From NCBI GenBank assembly GCA_012295275.1, contig CM022670.1, forward strand, positions 26,722,001 through 26,786,000: 64,000 nt of DNA. The letters run 5' to 3'. The notes beneath the pieces are model-generated. The model did no database searches, had not been told where the DNA came from, and saw only the letters and a program-made list of their open reading frames with translations. Numbering within the stretch: the stretch's first letter is position 1; each line of letters begins with the position of its first letter. Both the position numbers and the translations under genes were made by a program. The stretch is from Chrysomallon squamiferum (lineage: Eukaryota > Animalia > Mollusca). Positions 1 to 14,872 of this stretch are shown piece by piece.

Positions 1-1842
1 TCCTAACTTTGGGTGATCACAACAGCCTTAAACAATTTTTTTTTTTTTTTAACAATAAAAATGTATTATTTTGTGGCTTGATACCAGATGCTTGCCTTTG
101 TTTACGTTTGTGTATTTTGAAAGAATATTTAATTATATGTATATTTTTCATCTGTGTATTAAGTGATAAATGAAGCCAGAGTAAAGAAAGAAAAATGTAT
201 CTACATATGAAGTCTAATGTCCTGACATCAAAAATATGAATTATTTTTGTTTATTTCAGTTACTTGTTTCTTTTATTGGTTATTCTTAACATTAGATTAT
301 TCTCTTTTTATCCTCAAAATATTAATTGTGATCCTTTTAATAACTTATTTGTTAATGAAAATCTAAAAAATAATAATAAAGTATTTTAATAGTAAATATT
401 AAAACCTTCAAGTTCATTTTCCTCAGTGCAAGATATATTGTTTTATTTAGTTATTTGTATTTATTTTATTTTTATTTTTTTTATTTTTTTTTAATATTAG
501 GAGTTACTGATATTTTTTGTTACGGTCTATTTTTTTTAGTGTTAGTAGTATTTAAAGAAAATTAATGTCAGTAACATTAGAACATATCTTGGTTCAAACT
601 GAATGTCAGGAATTATGTTACATATGAGAAGTGTCAACATGTAAAATGCTATTCATCAGAATATTGTAATGTATACAAATATAGAAGTAAATCTGATATT
701 GCGCAAGGGTGGGGTGAAATTATTTGGTATATTTTTAAAATTTGCTGAGTGGGAGATTGTTATCATTCAGGTTTACATTACTATATAACAGGAACCTTTT
801 TTTTTAGTTTTCTGCATTAAGTATATTTTCACTTTTACAAAACATTATGGTAGAGTATATATTAATTTTTGTTAGGGGGGTGAGAGGTTGTTATTAACTA
901 TAATAAATTTATGTGTGTGTGTACACACACATACATATACATGTATATTCATTTGGTTAATTCTGGCAAACTTATTTAAGCTATCTCACTAGTCAAGAAT
1001 GCTCAGCCATTTATGTTAAGAATTTTATTCATATTTCTATTGCCATGTTCCTGTATTTTTGTCCATTGGATTAGATACAAGGCAACCTGATATAAGTTCA
1101 TTTGGTATACTTGCTTCCTGTAATAAGGTATAATTTTTCACTTCCGGAGATACATTTACGGATGTTACTTTTTAAAAGTTCAGACCCACCCACTTTTTCT
1201 TTGGAAATCTCCAACATTAAATAAAATAAGAATTTAATAGTTTTATTTATCTATTTGGTGTTACTTAAATAGTTAATAAGATTTTTAAGTATAGCTTTGA
1301 CTGACTTAGATTAAGTCTTTTATTAAGTCTTACAAGAATTATGACTTTATTTGTATCCATTTCTTATATAGGCCACTTCCATTTAAAATATTTTAATTAG
1401 AAAAAATTATCAACAGTATCAAAGTTCACATTTGACAATAAAATGTCACATTTGTTATTTATTCCTTTTTAGCTTTTAGCTTTACTTTATTTTATATTCC
1501 ATATAAAAATTATATAAAGCATCACTACTATTGTGTGTTTTAGATTTGAAATAATCAACTCATTACAGAAAAGTTATTTTGGATCATGTAAAGATTCTTT
1601 GAGAAAGCATGCTTCAAAAAGCTAGATAAATAATTTAACAACATCATTTTCATTTAATTCATGGGGTTGAAACATCTTTAGAAATGTTTTTCAAATCATT
1701 TTTAGTGGAGGAAATCTGTGATTGTTGTCCAGAATGAATCAGATTATCCCATGAGCCATATTCCAACCTTCTGCATGAGTTTGTTCTTTTTGAACTGACA
1801 GTTTTTTTTGTATTTTTTTTTCCTGTTTTGTTTTTTCCTTAG

Positions 1843-1946
1843 CTTGTGGAAAGTGCTTCCATACTGAATGTGCTACAGCTCTTAATGATTCCCACTGTAG
1901 CAGAGATCGAAGTACCAAATACATTATTACATCAGATCAGCGAGTG
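1843..1946 (+). CDS. long PIK3R exon: C-terminal half of a first C1 zinc finger
   Basis: Acceptor ttttttccttag, donor gtaagt; reads [34 protein letters not shown] and joins the SAM exon in phase 0. Absent from the ORF track. Confidence 0.8.
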
Positions 1947-3192
1947 GTAAGTCATAACAGGTTATGTCTTAATTATTTTATTTATTTACTTCCTCCCCCC
2001 ACAATTTTGATTACTTTATATTTGCATACATTCAGAATCCTGCCATGATGTGTAAATTTGTTCTAAATTTATGTTAAATTGTTTCAAAGAAAATAAATGA
2101 CTATAGATGGCTGTTTGCTTTGTAGTTAGTGTTTATTCCCACTGCCCTGCCCCTGTTTAGTAGATTGATTACTTGAACATGTATTAATTAATGTCAAATT
2201 GAAATGATAGGCTTACTAAACAAGGTGTAAACAAATGCAGGCATAATTTTAAATTGTCTGATTTAATATTTTAATGTAATGTTTTACTATTGTCCAGCTT
2301 TTGTTTATTTATTTTGTGTATTAACATTTTGCCAGGGAAAATAAAATAATTATTATTTAACTGCATGCTTGGTTTTGATGGTATTCATTTTTTAAACTTT
2401 TTTTTTTTTTTTTTTTTTTAACATTCACCTACAAAGCTTCTAACTTTCATTCTAAATGTTTGCTTTGTATAATTCTAAATAGTTTTGTCTGATTAGAAAA
2501 ATTGTTAATGTTATTGTTTGTCATACAACTTGTGTGAAAAATAGTTCCAACAAGTTGTGTGTGTTAATATATTTGCCTGCTTAAAAGTAACTACATAATA
2601 CTTTTTTGAAAAATTTGAAGCTTATCTGATGTGTAAAAAAATTGTGAAAACTGTATATTTTCACAGTTCTGTTTCAGCTTGAGAATGTCTTTCTTCTGAA
2701 AAAACAACAATAATTTTCATTAACCTACTAAATCTGCTATTTGAAGTTTTAAACTTAAAGACTTGGCAAGGAATCCTGCACATGTGTGAACTGTCCATTA
2801 GTAAAGCTAGCCACAGGGGATCCTTACACCAACTGTGAATTATGTAACTTTACAAATTATTACACAATAGTTATGATAACAGGTATGAGTAAAGAGGTTG
2901 TCCATTGATAAGCATTGGCCTCCTGACCTAAATCTGTAGGGTTCATTCAAGGGTGATCTAAGATTAATTTTCAATGATGTTGGTCAGTCTGTGGTCATTG
3001 GTGATCAACAGAACAATGTCAATTAAGGTCCAGTTGCATTGTGATAAATATAGGTTTTTCTAGCTGGATTATCACCAGTTGTAGTGGTAGGTTTCTGTTG
3101 AATTAATTTTGTTTATTTATTACATTGTTCAATACATTATTAAGTACTTCCAGCTATTATTTGTAAAAAAATTATATATTTAAATGTTAAAA

Positions 3193-3237
<45 letters not shown>

Positions 3238-6200
3238 TAAATAAAAAAAGTTTTTATTTTAGAGGTGGCAGAAGGGGAAGAGTTGTTTATATTTAGTTTG
3301 TTTCTTTTATTGCAAAATTGCTCAGAGTAGCAGAATCAATAAAATATTATTTAAAAAAAAAAATTAAATATCAAGCTGTATATCCAAGAAATGCCAGCTA
3401 AGTAAGTGGTTTTACAGTGGTAGTTCCAATGGCAGGATGTATCAGCTTGTATATCCTACTGCCCTCAACCTGAGCTACACAGTAATGCATATATTTTACT
3501 TGTAGTTATGTGTATCAAAACGCTTGCACTTTAATACATAATAAGCACATGGTTGGGGTTTCTTATATCCTTCCAGCATGGAGTAATTTAGGAAAAATTA
3601 ACAAACTGAAAGATATTCCTTTAAAAATCACTAATTAATATTACTTTAAAATTCTGCTGCAGTTATTAATCAAAGGTTACAGCAGTATTTTATTACCACC
3701 TCATAAATATTTTGATTTTACAAAAATAATAAGTTAAAAACAAATTGACAAAAGATTTTTTTTATAATTCATTCCTGTTTTTCTTCACCTGATTAATACT
3801 AATCTTTAATGCATGGAATAGATGAGTTAAACTGCAGAAAAATAATAAAACAAGTATATCCCATTTATTAAATAGTTCTGTCACATTGATCTGTTTCAAT
3901 GTAAAAGAAATATCCAGTTCTTACTTAATAAAGGAAATATTTTACAAAGATATTTAAATCATTTGAACTGAAGTACATTTTAAATTTCAAAAACCTATTA
4001 ACAAAATTACAAACAGAAACTGGACCAAGCCTACATTCAAAATAGTTTGTGATAACTGCAAACTACAGACTGTCAAAGTTGGTTAGTAACCATAGATATA
4101 TATTGATATATATATATAACTTTGTGAGCAGTGTAATAAAAAGTGTATCTTTAATTAAAATTTTCTGTATTCAAATTCTGTCACTAATTTTCATTTTTAT
4201 TTTAATTTTTATTTTCATCTTAAAATTTCAGCTGTTAGAAAACTGGACAGTAAACAATGTCTTAGACTGGATGGCAGCTTTGAATTTGTATCGTTACGCT
4301 GAGGTGTTCCATGAAAACAAAATCTGTGGCAAGGATCTCAGAACAATGGATGAAGAAAAATTAAGGGTAAGTTGATAATGTTTTAATATTAAAAGTATAG
4401 TTCAGTAGGGTATACTTCTGAGTGATATATAACAGGAAAAAATATTCTTATTTTATCTTTTTTTTTTTTTTTTTTATTCTTTTAATGAAATATTATTTCA
4501 GGGGCTGTATTCAATTTTCAACTCTTTTTGATATTAGCAAAATACTAATAAATACTAATATGGAACTTTACAGTTAGATTCAGTCCATTTTGCTACAAGA
4601 AAAGTGCTAAAATACAAAACTATTTAAAATTTTTCTTTCTTTTTTAAAAATAAAATTTCCTCTGATATAAAAATGATACTAGCTATGAAGCTGAGAATTG
4701 ATATCTGAGCTGATTTAATTTGTGTAGTCATTAGTAGGTTCATTACAAAATTTCAGGAAAATGATTCCTAAAAGTAATATTCATCTCAGATTTGATTAAT
4801 TAAAGTACATATGCAGCAATAAGAAATTTCTTCATTTACTAATTTATCACATTTGACAGCAGATTTACAGCAAAAGCATTTCCAAACATTTCATTTAAAA
4901 AAATAAATCTTTATTATATTTTGTTATATTTTCATTCTGATTTTTTATACCAGACTTATACCAGAAATATTATTACATCTCTTTAAAAATCCTTCTTGCA
5001 AATTACTTTTTCATAAGTTGATATTTTTTAATAATATTTAATTTATTGTAATCATTAAGTGCCATGATAGATTTTACAGATGCATTCATATCTGTTATGA
5101 GGCAAAAAAACGAGTAACCCATGAACTTATTCCTTCTTTATTTTTTATATAATTTGTCATAACAAGATTACTATAAATATATGTTGACATTTTGTATTTT
5201 GTTTTCCATCTTCATTTAATCAATAATGGTACTTTCTGTGCTTGACCAATTTTAGTTGGGCCAACCAAAACAAAGGAATTCTATCCCCCCTCAGTTAACA
5301 TCCCCTTCCGCTGTCTCCCCAGAATCTTATTTTGAGCATAGCAACATATCCTTTAGAAACCAGACTTACTGCTTTTTAACATATTCCTTAGTTTCATATT
5401 TAGTATGACATTTCCTGTGACGTCAATTGTCAGTTGTAATGACTGATGACATTATATCATTAAATCCATTTTATTCTTTTGTCTTGACTGTTTACCATGG
5501 ATGAAAGATCTTGTCTACCTGCTTCAGGCAAATGCAACCTATTATGAAAACAAAAGAAGACATTTTTCTTTCTTTTTATAATAATTCTTTTTTCATTCCT
5601 TTTTTATTTATTTTTCTTGGTCACAACCATCTACTAATGAATTTACATACGTATACAGTATTGCTTAATGAAATAATATTTTATGATCATTTATTCTAAG
5701 GCTTTTACACTTTTTAAAAGTTACAGATCCGTTTTTACAAGATTTTGAATGGGGTTTTTTTCTTGGTTGATATTTGCTTCTTGGACAAGTATTAGTATCT
5801 ACAACATACTTTGGGGCTTTTTTAGCACTGTCAGAATGTGTAATATAAAATTAAGCTAGTATTGCATAGTATTCAAAAGATCAATTTTAAATGATGCTAA
5901 TAAATTAATACTATACTATGGTTCTTGGGATTTCAATATAAAATAGTTTGATTTTATGAAATATAAAGTACTGGTGTTCACTTTTTATTGGTTATTGGAG
6001 TATAACAATTTTGTTTAACACATCATTAGACAGATTATAAATATACACAGCAGTTGCAGGATAATAAAAAAATAATAATAAATATTGATTTTTAAAAAAA
6101 AAAAAATTTTTTTTGCTTTACTGCAAGTTTTTCTTATATATTTTGAGGTTTTATTTCAATATAGTTGGAAAAGATAAATGTTACTGAATATAAGCATTTA

Positions 6201-6876
6201 GGCTATAATTAAAGATTCTAAATAAAAAATTATTAATTATCTTTTTCTCATTTTTATTTTACTTACTTAATCATAAAAATAATTAATATATTTTTTTTTA
6301 ATTAAAATTGCAGCTGAATTATTTGAAAATTATATTTTAATTTTTGTCAAATATATTACTTTACTGGAAATAAATTGATATTGATTACTTTATTTATTAA
6401 TGAATAAATTGTGTTTAATATGTCCTTTTCTTTGCATCTGAATACAGATGACTGTGTATATGTGTGCATCTTTATGTGCATGCACATGCATATGCTTGGT
6501 GGGGAGTTTATGTCTGAGTCATAGTTATTTTTCTTTTTTTAACTAATACATGGAAATGAGAAAAGATGAATCAGCGATTTATCACTAAATTTGGATTTCA
6601 ACTGAGTCATGACCATACAGGGTCATAGAAGTCTGGGTAGTTGAGATCAGCCAATCATTTGGATGCTGAGATCAATAAACCAGTAATTTTTTGCAATCCA
6701 TTTTTATTTTATCCTTTCTTTTTTTTTTTTTTTTTTTTTAATTTAATTTCTTTATTATTTTATTTTATCTTATTTTTTATTTCTGCTGTCACTTTTCTTC
6801 ATTGTTATCAGAAAAGGTGTTTTTGTATTTTAACTGAGAGCTTCTTATAAATTAGTCTCTTTTTTTTATTATTTAT

Positions 6877-6914
<38 letters not shown>

Positions 6915-6917
6915 GTT

Positions 6918-6951
<34 letters not shown>

Positions 6952-9900
6952 GTTTTTAATCTCATCTCATCAAGTCCATTTTTATCATCTTTTTTTCCCC
7001 TTGGTTTCTAAACCACAGATATCAACTAACCAATATCTTTTAGAAGACCATTAATGTAAAGGGTGAATAATATATTCATAATTTTTGTACTAAAATCACC
7101 TGTATAAGCCAAAAATAGAACTGATTTAGCTAAAAATAAACATTGTCTATTGTTACCTTTTTAAAACTGGTAGTTTGTATAGGTGCTTATAAAACTTCTT
7201 TAGCTCTATTACTGTTCACACCTTACAAAGTAACCAGATTTTTAACAATCTCTTTCTTTCAGTGTGAAATAACTCTTTTGAAGGGGGGTAAATTCTAACT
7301 AAGGAGCTTATAAATCCTTTTGTCCTTGTAGCAGATAGAATGTCTTTCAGTATATTCTAATTATGCCTTTAACTTGAATCACACCTTACTTATCTATATT
7401 TCCCCATTGTGTTTGACCCTTCACTGAACTAGCTCTTTTCTTATAATATTATGCTTGGGCAGCTCTTATGACCAACATTCCCAGGAAGGTTTTTTTTTTC
7501 TCTCCCTACTGGTTCGTTTGGATTAGTCCGGAAGAGCTCATGTGGCTGGCCAAGAAAATGGGACTTTTACGTCAGTGCCTGGACTGAGTGCGCCACCTGT
7601 GTATGCTAAATTGAGCTGCTGCTACTGTAACCTATAATCCATCGCCTTGAGGCTATGAACTTGCCAGCACTGGAGACTTAAATAGCCAGGCATACAGCAC
7701 AGAGCTGCATAGATCTCGGTTGTAGGTTATCATAAGCGCAGAGCTGAAAGCTAATGTGAAAACCACAGACTTTGTGCTGTTGTTCTCAATGACTGTTAAA
7801 TGCTAGCCATCAGTACAGTTGATAAAGATATAGCTTGCAGCAGATCTAGGATGTGTAAATGCGAGAGTTTTAAACATTTCCAGAAACATTTTGTGTTCTG
7901 ACACTACCTTAGATATGGAGATCTAATTCAAAGAGGGGGAGATCCCTCTTCTGTGTTCATTACTTTTGTTTAAAGAAAAACTAAATTTCATTCACTTGGA
8001 CTTCTTCTAATGGTTGTGATCCTTGGAAGCTTTTTTGTTTCAATCTAAAACCCTTGTGGACTGTAATTTTATAGTGTGTTCAGTTTATGTATGAATGTCA
8101 TGCATGGAGCCTGGGTGCTACTTACACTGTATGGGAACACCACAAAACGACATTTGTTATCATCATCAGGTGTGATTTAGTTTTTACATACTTTACAATC
8201 TAGAGAATTTGAAATAAATCCATTATCTTTCAGTGAAGATAATGTTATATCACTTCTTTTTTTTCCATCTCCTTTCTTTCTTGCATTTTTCTGCCAGTTT
8301 TCCCATGCAGATCAAATTACTGAATACTTTTCAGAAGATATATTCAGTCTACATCTGTAAGAGGGAACAAAAAAAAAAAAAAATCTTTCAAACATACTTT
8401 ACAGTTTAGTTTTTATTTCTTTGTTTTAATAGAAAATGGGAATAAAAGACGAGTTTCATCAGAAATCAATTCTGGTTTGCATTGATGAACTTTGCGGACA
8501 AAATCCAGACAATGTAAGTAACTTCATAATAATTATATATTTTTATCTTCCCAATGTTGCATTTTTAATGTTTTTAGCAATATATAATAAGTTAAATTTA
8601 TCACTATTTTTCATTTGAGAATTTTTTTCTATTGAAATATATTACTTTTTCAGATACTGTACAGCATATTTTGTTGTCCTTAAATCTGTAAAAATGTATT
8701 TTTGACGTTTTTTTTTTTTTTTTTTAAACAAATTTTTTATCACAAAAAAATAATTAAATTTCAAGAATTCAGAAATAAATTTCATAAGTTTAATCTTTTA
8801 CATTGTTATTTGTTTCAGCAGAAATGTATAATAACCACATCTCTTAAAAACTTCTTAAATCATAATGTCATTTATTTTAAAGTCTCCTGGCCTGTGTAAT
8901 ATTATATATGCTTTAATTACAAGAAACCTGTGTTGCGCGCGAGAAATATTGTTACTTGTTAACCTTTAATTTAACATATTCTAAATGATAAAAAGATTTA
9001 GGTCATTAGATATAACCGATATAACTGGGTAAAAAGAACAACTTAACATCATATGTAAAGTTTTAATTTTTTTATAAGGGAGAACTGCTGTCAGTCTAGG
9101 CTGGCCAGGATAATGTGAGATAAAACTGTAGACCAGCCCAAAGCTGTCCTTGTTACTAAAGCATATCCATTCATCAACCTACTTCTTTGACAGCCAGCAC
9201 TGGCATTACTCCAAGATTGTATTCATGTGTCACACTTTTCTGAGGCCTTTATAGCCTGGCGTGTTTTCACTCCATAGTTCAATACAACCAAGCTTTTTTT
9301 TTGAAAACTAAATATTCTTTTTTATTATTTCTTTTTTTTTGGAAAATAAGAACATTTAAAAAAGACATGATATTTTTATTGTAGTTTTCTATAATTTTCT
9401 TGTCAGTTAACTAAATAATGTGTCAAGAAGCAAAGACAAAATGAATCTGAATCATTTTTGTATCATAAATTCATTATGATTCCAGTTTTCAGAGATATAG
9501 TCTTTGCTCATTTTTCCAAATAGTTAAACTATGAAAAATTCTTTATTGTATTATATGTAATATAATATGCATATTTATTTCAAAACTATTTTTAACTATC
9601 CCCATGGCTACTTAAAGTTCAAATATAAACAGTTATGAGCAAATATTTAACTATAAAAAATGTTTCACGGTGTCTTTTATCTGATTATCAAACTATGAGA
9701 TTTAATTTTAATAATTTTGGACTGAAACTTTCTTCAGAAAAATGCAAAATAAAGTACTAAAAAACAAATTGGAAAAAGTTTGTTATAAATGGAGCATTTA
9801 AAAGTCAGTACTTTTAAAAATCCTACATATGTAATATTTAATATTGCTTAAAGTTTAGCTTTCGTGTTGTTGTTTTTTTGTTTTTGTTTTTTTGAATAAA

Positions 9901-10185
9901 TATTTCCCTTTTATTCCAGCTTACTAATTTAAGTGATCAAACAATTGCACAGATATATTATTTTCATGACTATTTTAATTATATTGTGCATATATATATT
10001 TATTTTACTTTTAGCAACCCTACGCCTCAAGTCTTCCTCCCCCTGGTCAGTGTGTAGAAATGGAAGGTAACTGATTAAATTATTTATTTTCAGTACATGC
10101 AAAATATATATATCAGACTGGCACGTTTTATTATAGCTTAATTTTGGATAGGGGGTCATCTTTTTTTTCTTTTTTTTTCTCATTT

Positions 10186-10217
<32 letters not shown>

Positions 10218-13200
10218 GCCATCTTTTTAAATTTGAGTTACAAAGAATGCACCAAATGTTTAGGGCATGATCAAAAATTTAAAACAAATCCTTTTAATAC
10301 TGTTAACAATCTCTTGAACAAAAGTGCTTTATCATAATTACTAACATTTTGTTAAAATTTCATTTTGTCCTCCTATTTTGAAAGACCCATTTTATTACTG
10401 AATAAGACGTGAGACAAAAAGAATCCTTTTAATTACATTCACATTTAAAAAGTTTCTAGACATTAAAAAAAAAAACACACACGCACACACACATGTAACT
10501 GGATGTTATCAACACTTTTCTTTTACAGCTGCAAGTTGTGATGCTGCATCTGCACATCGTTTTGATGAGTACAATTTCTCATCGATGCAGCGCTGCCACC
10601 TCTGTGACAAATTCCTGTATGGTCTAATGCGACAAGGTCTGCAGTGTCGTGAATGTGGTTTGTGTTGTCACCGATTCTGTTCTGCCACACATCCCACCGA
10701 GTGCAACGTTCCCAAACTGGAACACCTACGTAGACCAAGTTTTTCACAATGTGAGTATCGTTTTTGTTGTTGCTTGGTTTCAGGATACGAGTGGAAAATT
10801 TTGGGATTTTTAAAATTTAGATAGAGTATGCTTATGAACAAAAGCTTAAACATATTTCCAAACGCTTACATTTTTTATTTTTTTGTAGTAACACCAGCAT
10901 TTTCAAATAATAGAATATAAGATAAGTAGAAAAAGCCTGTTCAAAAATTTAAAAAATTTTCTAGTGGGATTAAACATGTGAAAATATAAAATGATATAGC
11001 AAATAAAAACAGTGGTTAAAAACTATTTTAGTATTTTCATGTTTTATGTGTTAATGAAAAGAAGAATTTACTAAATAACTGTTTTCTAAAATATTTTTGT
11101 GCATTATTGTAACTAGTCACGTTACATTTAAACACATGTATAAACATAGCATGTTTCTAATGTATGCTAAAGGCAAGCATGTTCATCTTGATATTTTTTT
11201 CTTGTTCTTTGTTGCTGTTTTGTTTTCTTATAATTTCCTTTTCCTGTCTTTGTCTTAAGAGGTGATAACAAAAAACATTTGTATTCTTAACAAATATTGA
11301 CATGTTTATTCTTAGTGTAAGTTAGAAGAGTTCAGTGTAAACTGTTTGTTTAATTAGTTTATATTTTTAACAGACTCTGTGTTTGGTTCTGATCTTGGTG
11401 AAGAAGTACAAAAATCACACTGTCAAAGTGCTCCATTTGTGCTCACAAAATGTATTGAAGAAATAGAACAGTGGTGTCAAGAACATCGTAAGTAATTGTG
11501 ATATGCTGTATGTTAAACTATATCAGTTCATTACATTTCTAAATTATTATTTTTTTATTTTGCCATAAATGTCAGCCTTATACAGCTCAAAACTTTAGGT
11601 TTTCCTCCCTTGAGCAGAAGCAAATTGCTTGTGAACAAATGAAATTTGAAGCATCTTGCAAGACATTAACTTAACATTTGAAATCTGTCGGGATCTGACA
11701 CATTGTGAATTTCCATTGCTTTTCCAAATGCCTGTTACTACCACATGATTTCTGATAGAAAAAAAAAAAGAAGAAAAAAGAAAAAAGCTCTATTTGTAAA
11801 AGTGCATTTATTATTGTTTGAATTATTTTGTTTATTATTTTTATATTTTAGTTACTATTATATTATTATTGTTGTTATTATTCCAGAAACTGAGGCTCTA
11901 AGTGTGTACAGAATTTCAGCCAAAACTGAAGACATCAATGCAATAAAGGCTGCCTTCAGTTTAGGTACGTGTTTTTACTGTATTTGTTTGATTTTCTAGT
12001 TATGTGTTGTGGGAAGGAATATTCATTGCAAAATACAAATATGTACTCTGAACTATTGCATTATTAAACTATATTCAAAATACAATTTTTTAAGCTTTTT
12101 TTTTTTCTTTTACTTTTTCTGGCTTAATTATGGATGTTACTGAGTGACCATATATGTACTTCAGGTGACTCGACACAGTTGAATTTGTCATCATACAATG
12201 TTCATTGCATTGCTGGTGTGGTAAAAAAATACCTCAGAGAACTGCCAAATCCTGTCATACCTGTTGAATTCTACAGTCAGTTCATTGAAGCAGCAAGTAA
12301 GATCTTTTGATTCATTCTTAATAAAGTTTAAACTTGAAAAGTATCGACTTGAGAACATTTCTTCATTTAATCTTCATTTAATTGATAAATAACATTTCAT
12401 TTTATTTCAGTATTTAAGTGTATTTATAATTATATGTAAAGAAATAATGTATAGATATATATAATTTTATTCCTTCATGGTTCTGTCATTATGAAAATAA
12501 TATTATATATTATACTTATCATTATAAACATCTTGCTTAAATGAGATATATTTAAAGTTTTGCATTTATATTTTACATATATGTTGATATAATTAGATTT
12601 GATTTTTATGTGTATGCCAGTCTCTCTATCTGTATGTATGTATATGTTCTGATATTTAAATTTGTAGAAAATAAAAGTGATACTCGAAAGTCACTGACTG
12701 ACTTGGTGGATAGCCTTCCTATGCCGCACAAATCAACTCTGTCCTATCTAATGTCTCATTTTTGCCGTCTCTGGTGTTATCAGCATGATTCAGGTGTTGC
12801 TGATGGCCTGGATAAGTTGTCACATGTCTTTTGTCACATCTTACTACGACCACCATGGGAACAAATTATGTAAGTTTACATCTATTTCTCTTTTTTTATC
12901 ATACAACAGATTATTATAATTATATAATTCCAAGAAAATCTATTTATTCATTAATTAAGAACAGCAACATGAAGAACTTTATTAAAAATTGTCCATAGAT
13001 GAAGAGATAGTACTGTTCTAAATTTAATAATTTTTATTTTTATTATCTGTTTTTTTAATGGCTTATTATTTAACTAATTTAAATAGATGACAAAATCAAG
13101 ATGAAGTGTGTGAAAGTTTTTAATGTTTAACGATCTTGCTGTTTTATAGTCAGAAATTAAAATTACAACAGTTTTTAATGTGGTTTTTTGTTTTAAATGT

Positions 13201-14831
13201 CACATATGAAATTTTTAATTATATTGATTCATCAAGTTTTAAATGGGAGGAGTCATTTTTTTTCCTGTGCTAAACATAAGATCACATCTTTTGCAGTGAA
13301 ATCATTGATAATACAAAAACACACATCGATATATTTGAGGAGTTACTGAGAAATGGAAACTGGGGAGTTGTGATTCCACCCATTCCATCACCTCCAATTG
13401 TTCCACCACGTAAGTAAATGTTCATACATGTTATTCTTCATGTATGTGTAATGTTAAAATGAATCTGCAAAATATCTAAATTGATATTCAGATTACAGAA
13501 AAACAATTCTTCCAGAAAATATTTTTATTACAATTTAATGAGCACAAATCTAGCTGAGGTAATTGTAAATGGAAATAAAAGAATATCACATTAATAAACA
13601 ATGGCAGTGTAACAATTTGTTGTAAATATTTTAAAATGAAATGACAACAAAATCCCACCTATTAATTGTATTGAATGATATAATATAATGGAATTACAGG
13701 AGTTACAAGAGATAACCCAACCTCAGGTTTGATGTCCCCTATGTCACCAGACGAGCGTTTGAAGGAAGCAGAATGGTACTGGGGTGACATTTCTCGGGAG
13801 GAGGTTAATGAGAAATTACAAGACTCACCTGACGGAACATTCATGGTCCGAGATTCAGCAACACCTGGAGATTACACTTTAACATTAAAGTAAGTAATCA
13901 GTCACAAATTACAGTGCCCAGCGTTTTCAGCAGAACTGTAAATTTGCAGTCTAAGAACTCATCATAAGTTTTTCTAATTTTCAGAAGCTTATTGTTTCTA
14001 AAATACTGAGTAAACTTGTGATTCCTGAATGTTCTGAAAAAGTTTATTAAATTGTATATTTTGCAGACAGTGCTAATATTTTGCGTGTGTTTCACTTTTT
14101 TTTTTTTTTTTTTAGGAAGGGAGGCAGCAATAAGTTGATAAAGATTTACCATAAGGACAATAAGTATGGGTTTGTTGAGCCATTGGAGTTTGACTCTGTT
14201 GTCGAGCTTATTCAGTATTATCAGCATAATTCTCTGGCCATTTACAACAAGACACTAGACATAAAATTGTTATATCCTGTCAGCAGAGGAATTGGAACTG
14301 TAAGTATAACAGTTTTCTTCACAAAAATTATTACTAAACAAATATAAATAAATAATTATCAAACAGTTCTATGTAACTCAGGCAATGCATATTCAAAGGA
14401 TAAACAATCTATATATATATATCTGAAACATTATAGTGTCCTAAATTTTGCAGTTAAGCCAATGTTAAAAACCTATTCATATGATTTGTTTGCAGGGAAG
14501 CAGTTCAATAGAGGATATTGCCATGAAGATGACAAACCTAATTCAAGTTAACAATGACTATCTTGCAAAGACAACCCAGTATGACAATCTGTACGAAAAA
14601 CACTCGAAAACTTCACAGGAACTTCAGTTAAAACATCAGGCTCTGGATGCTTTTAAAGAAACACTTCTGGTTTTTGATGAACAACTAGAACTTCATCGCC
14701 GTTTTCACAAAGAGGCTCAGCCTCATGAATTGCAAAGGTAATAGTTCTTTACTAATGAATGTTATTTGTTTTAAGCTGTCGCTTAAAGAACTGTGATATT
14801 TTATTTCAGTTTCTAACTTCTTGAACTTAAA

Positions 14832-14872
<41 letters not shown>

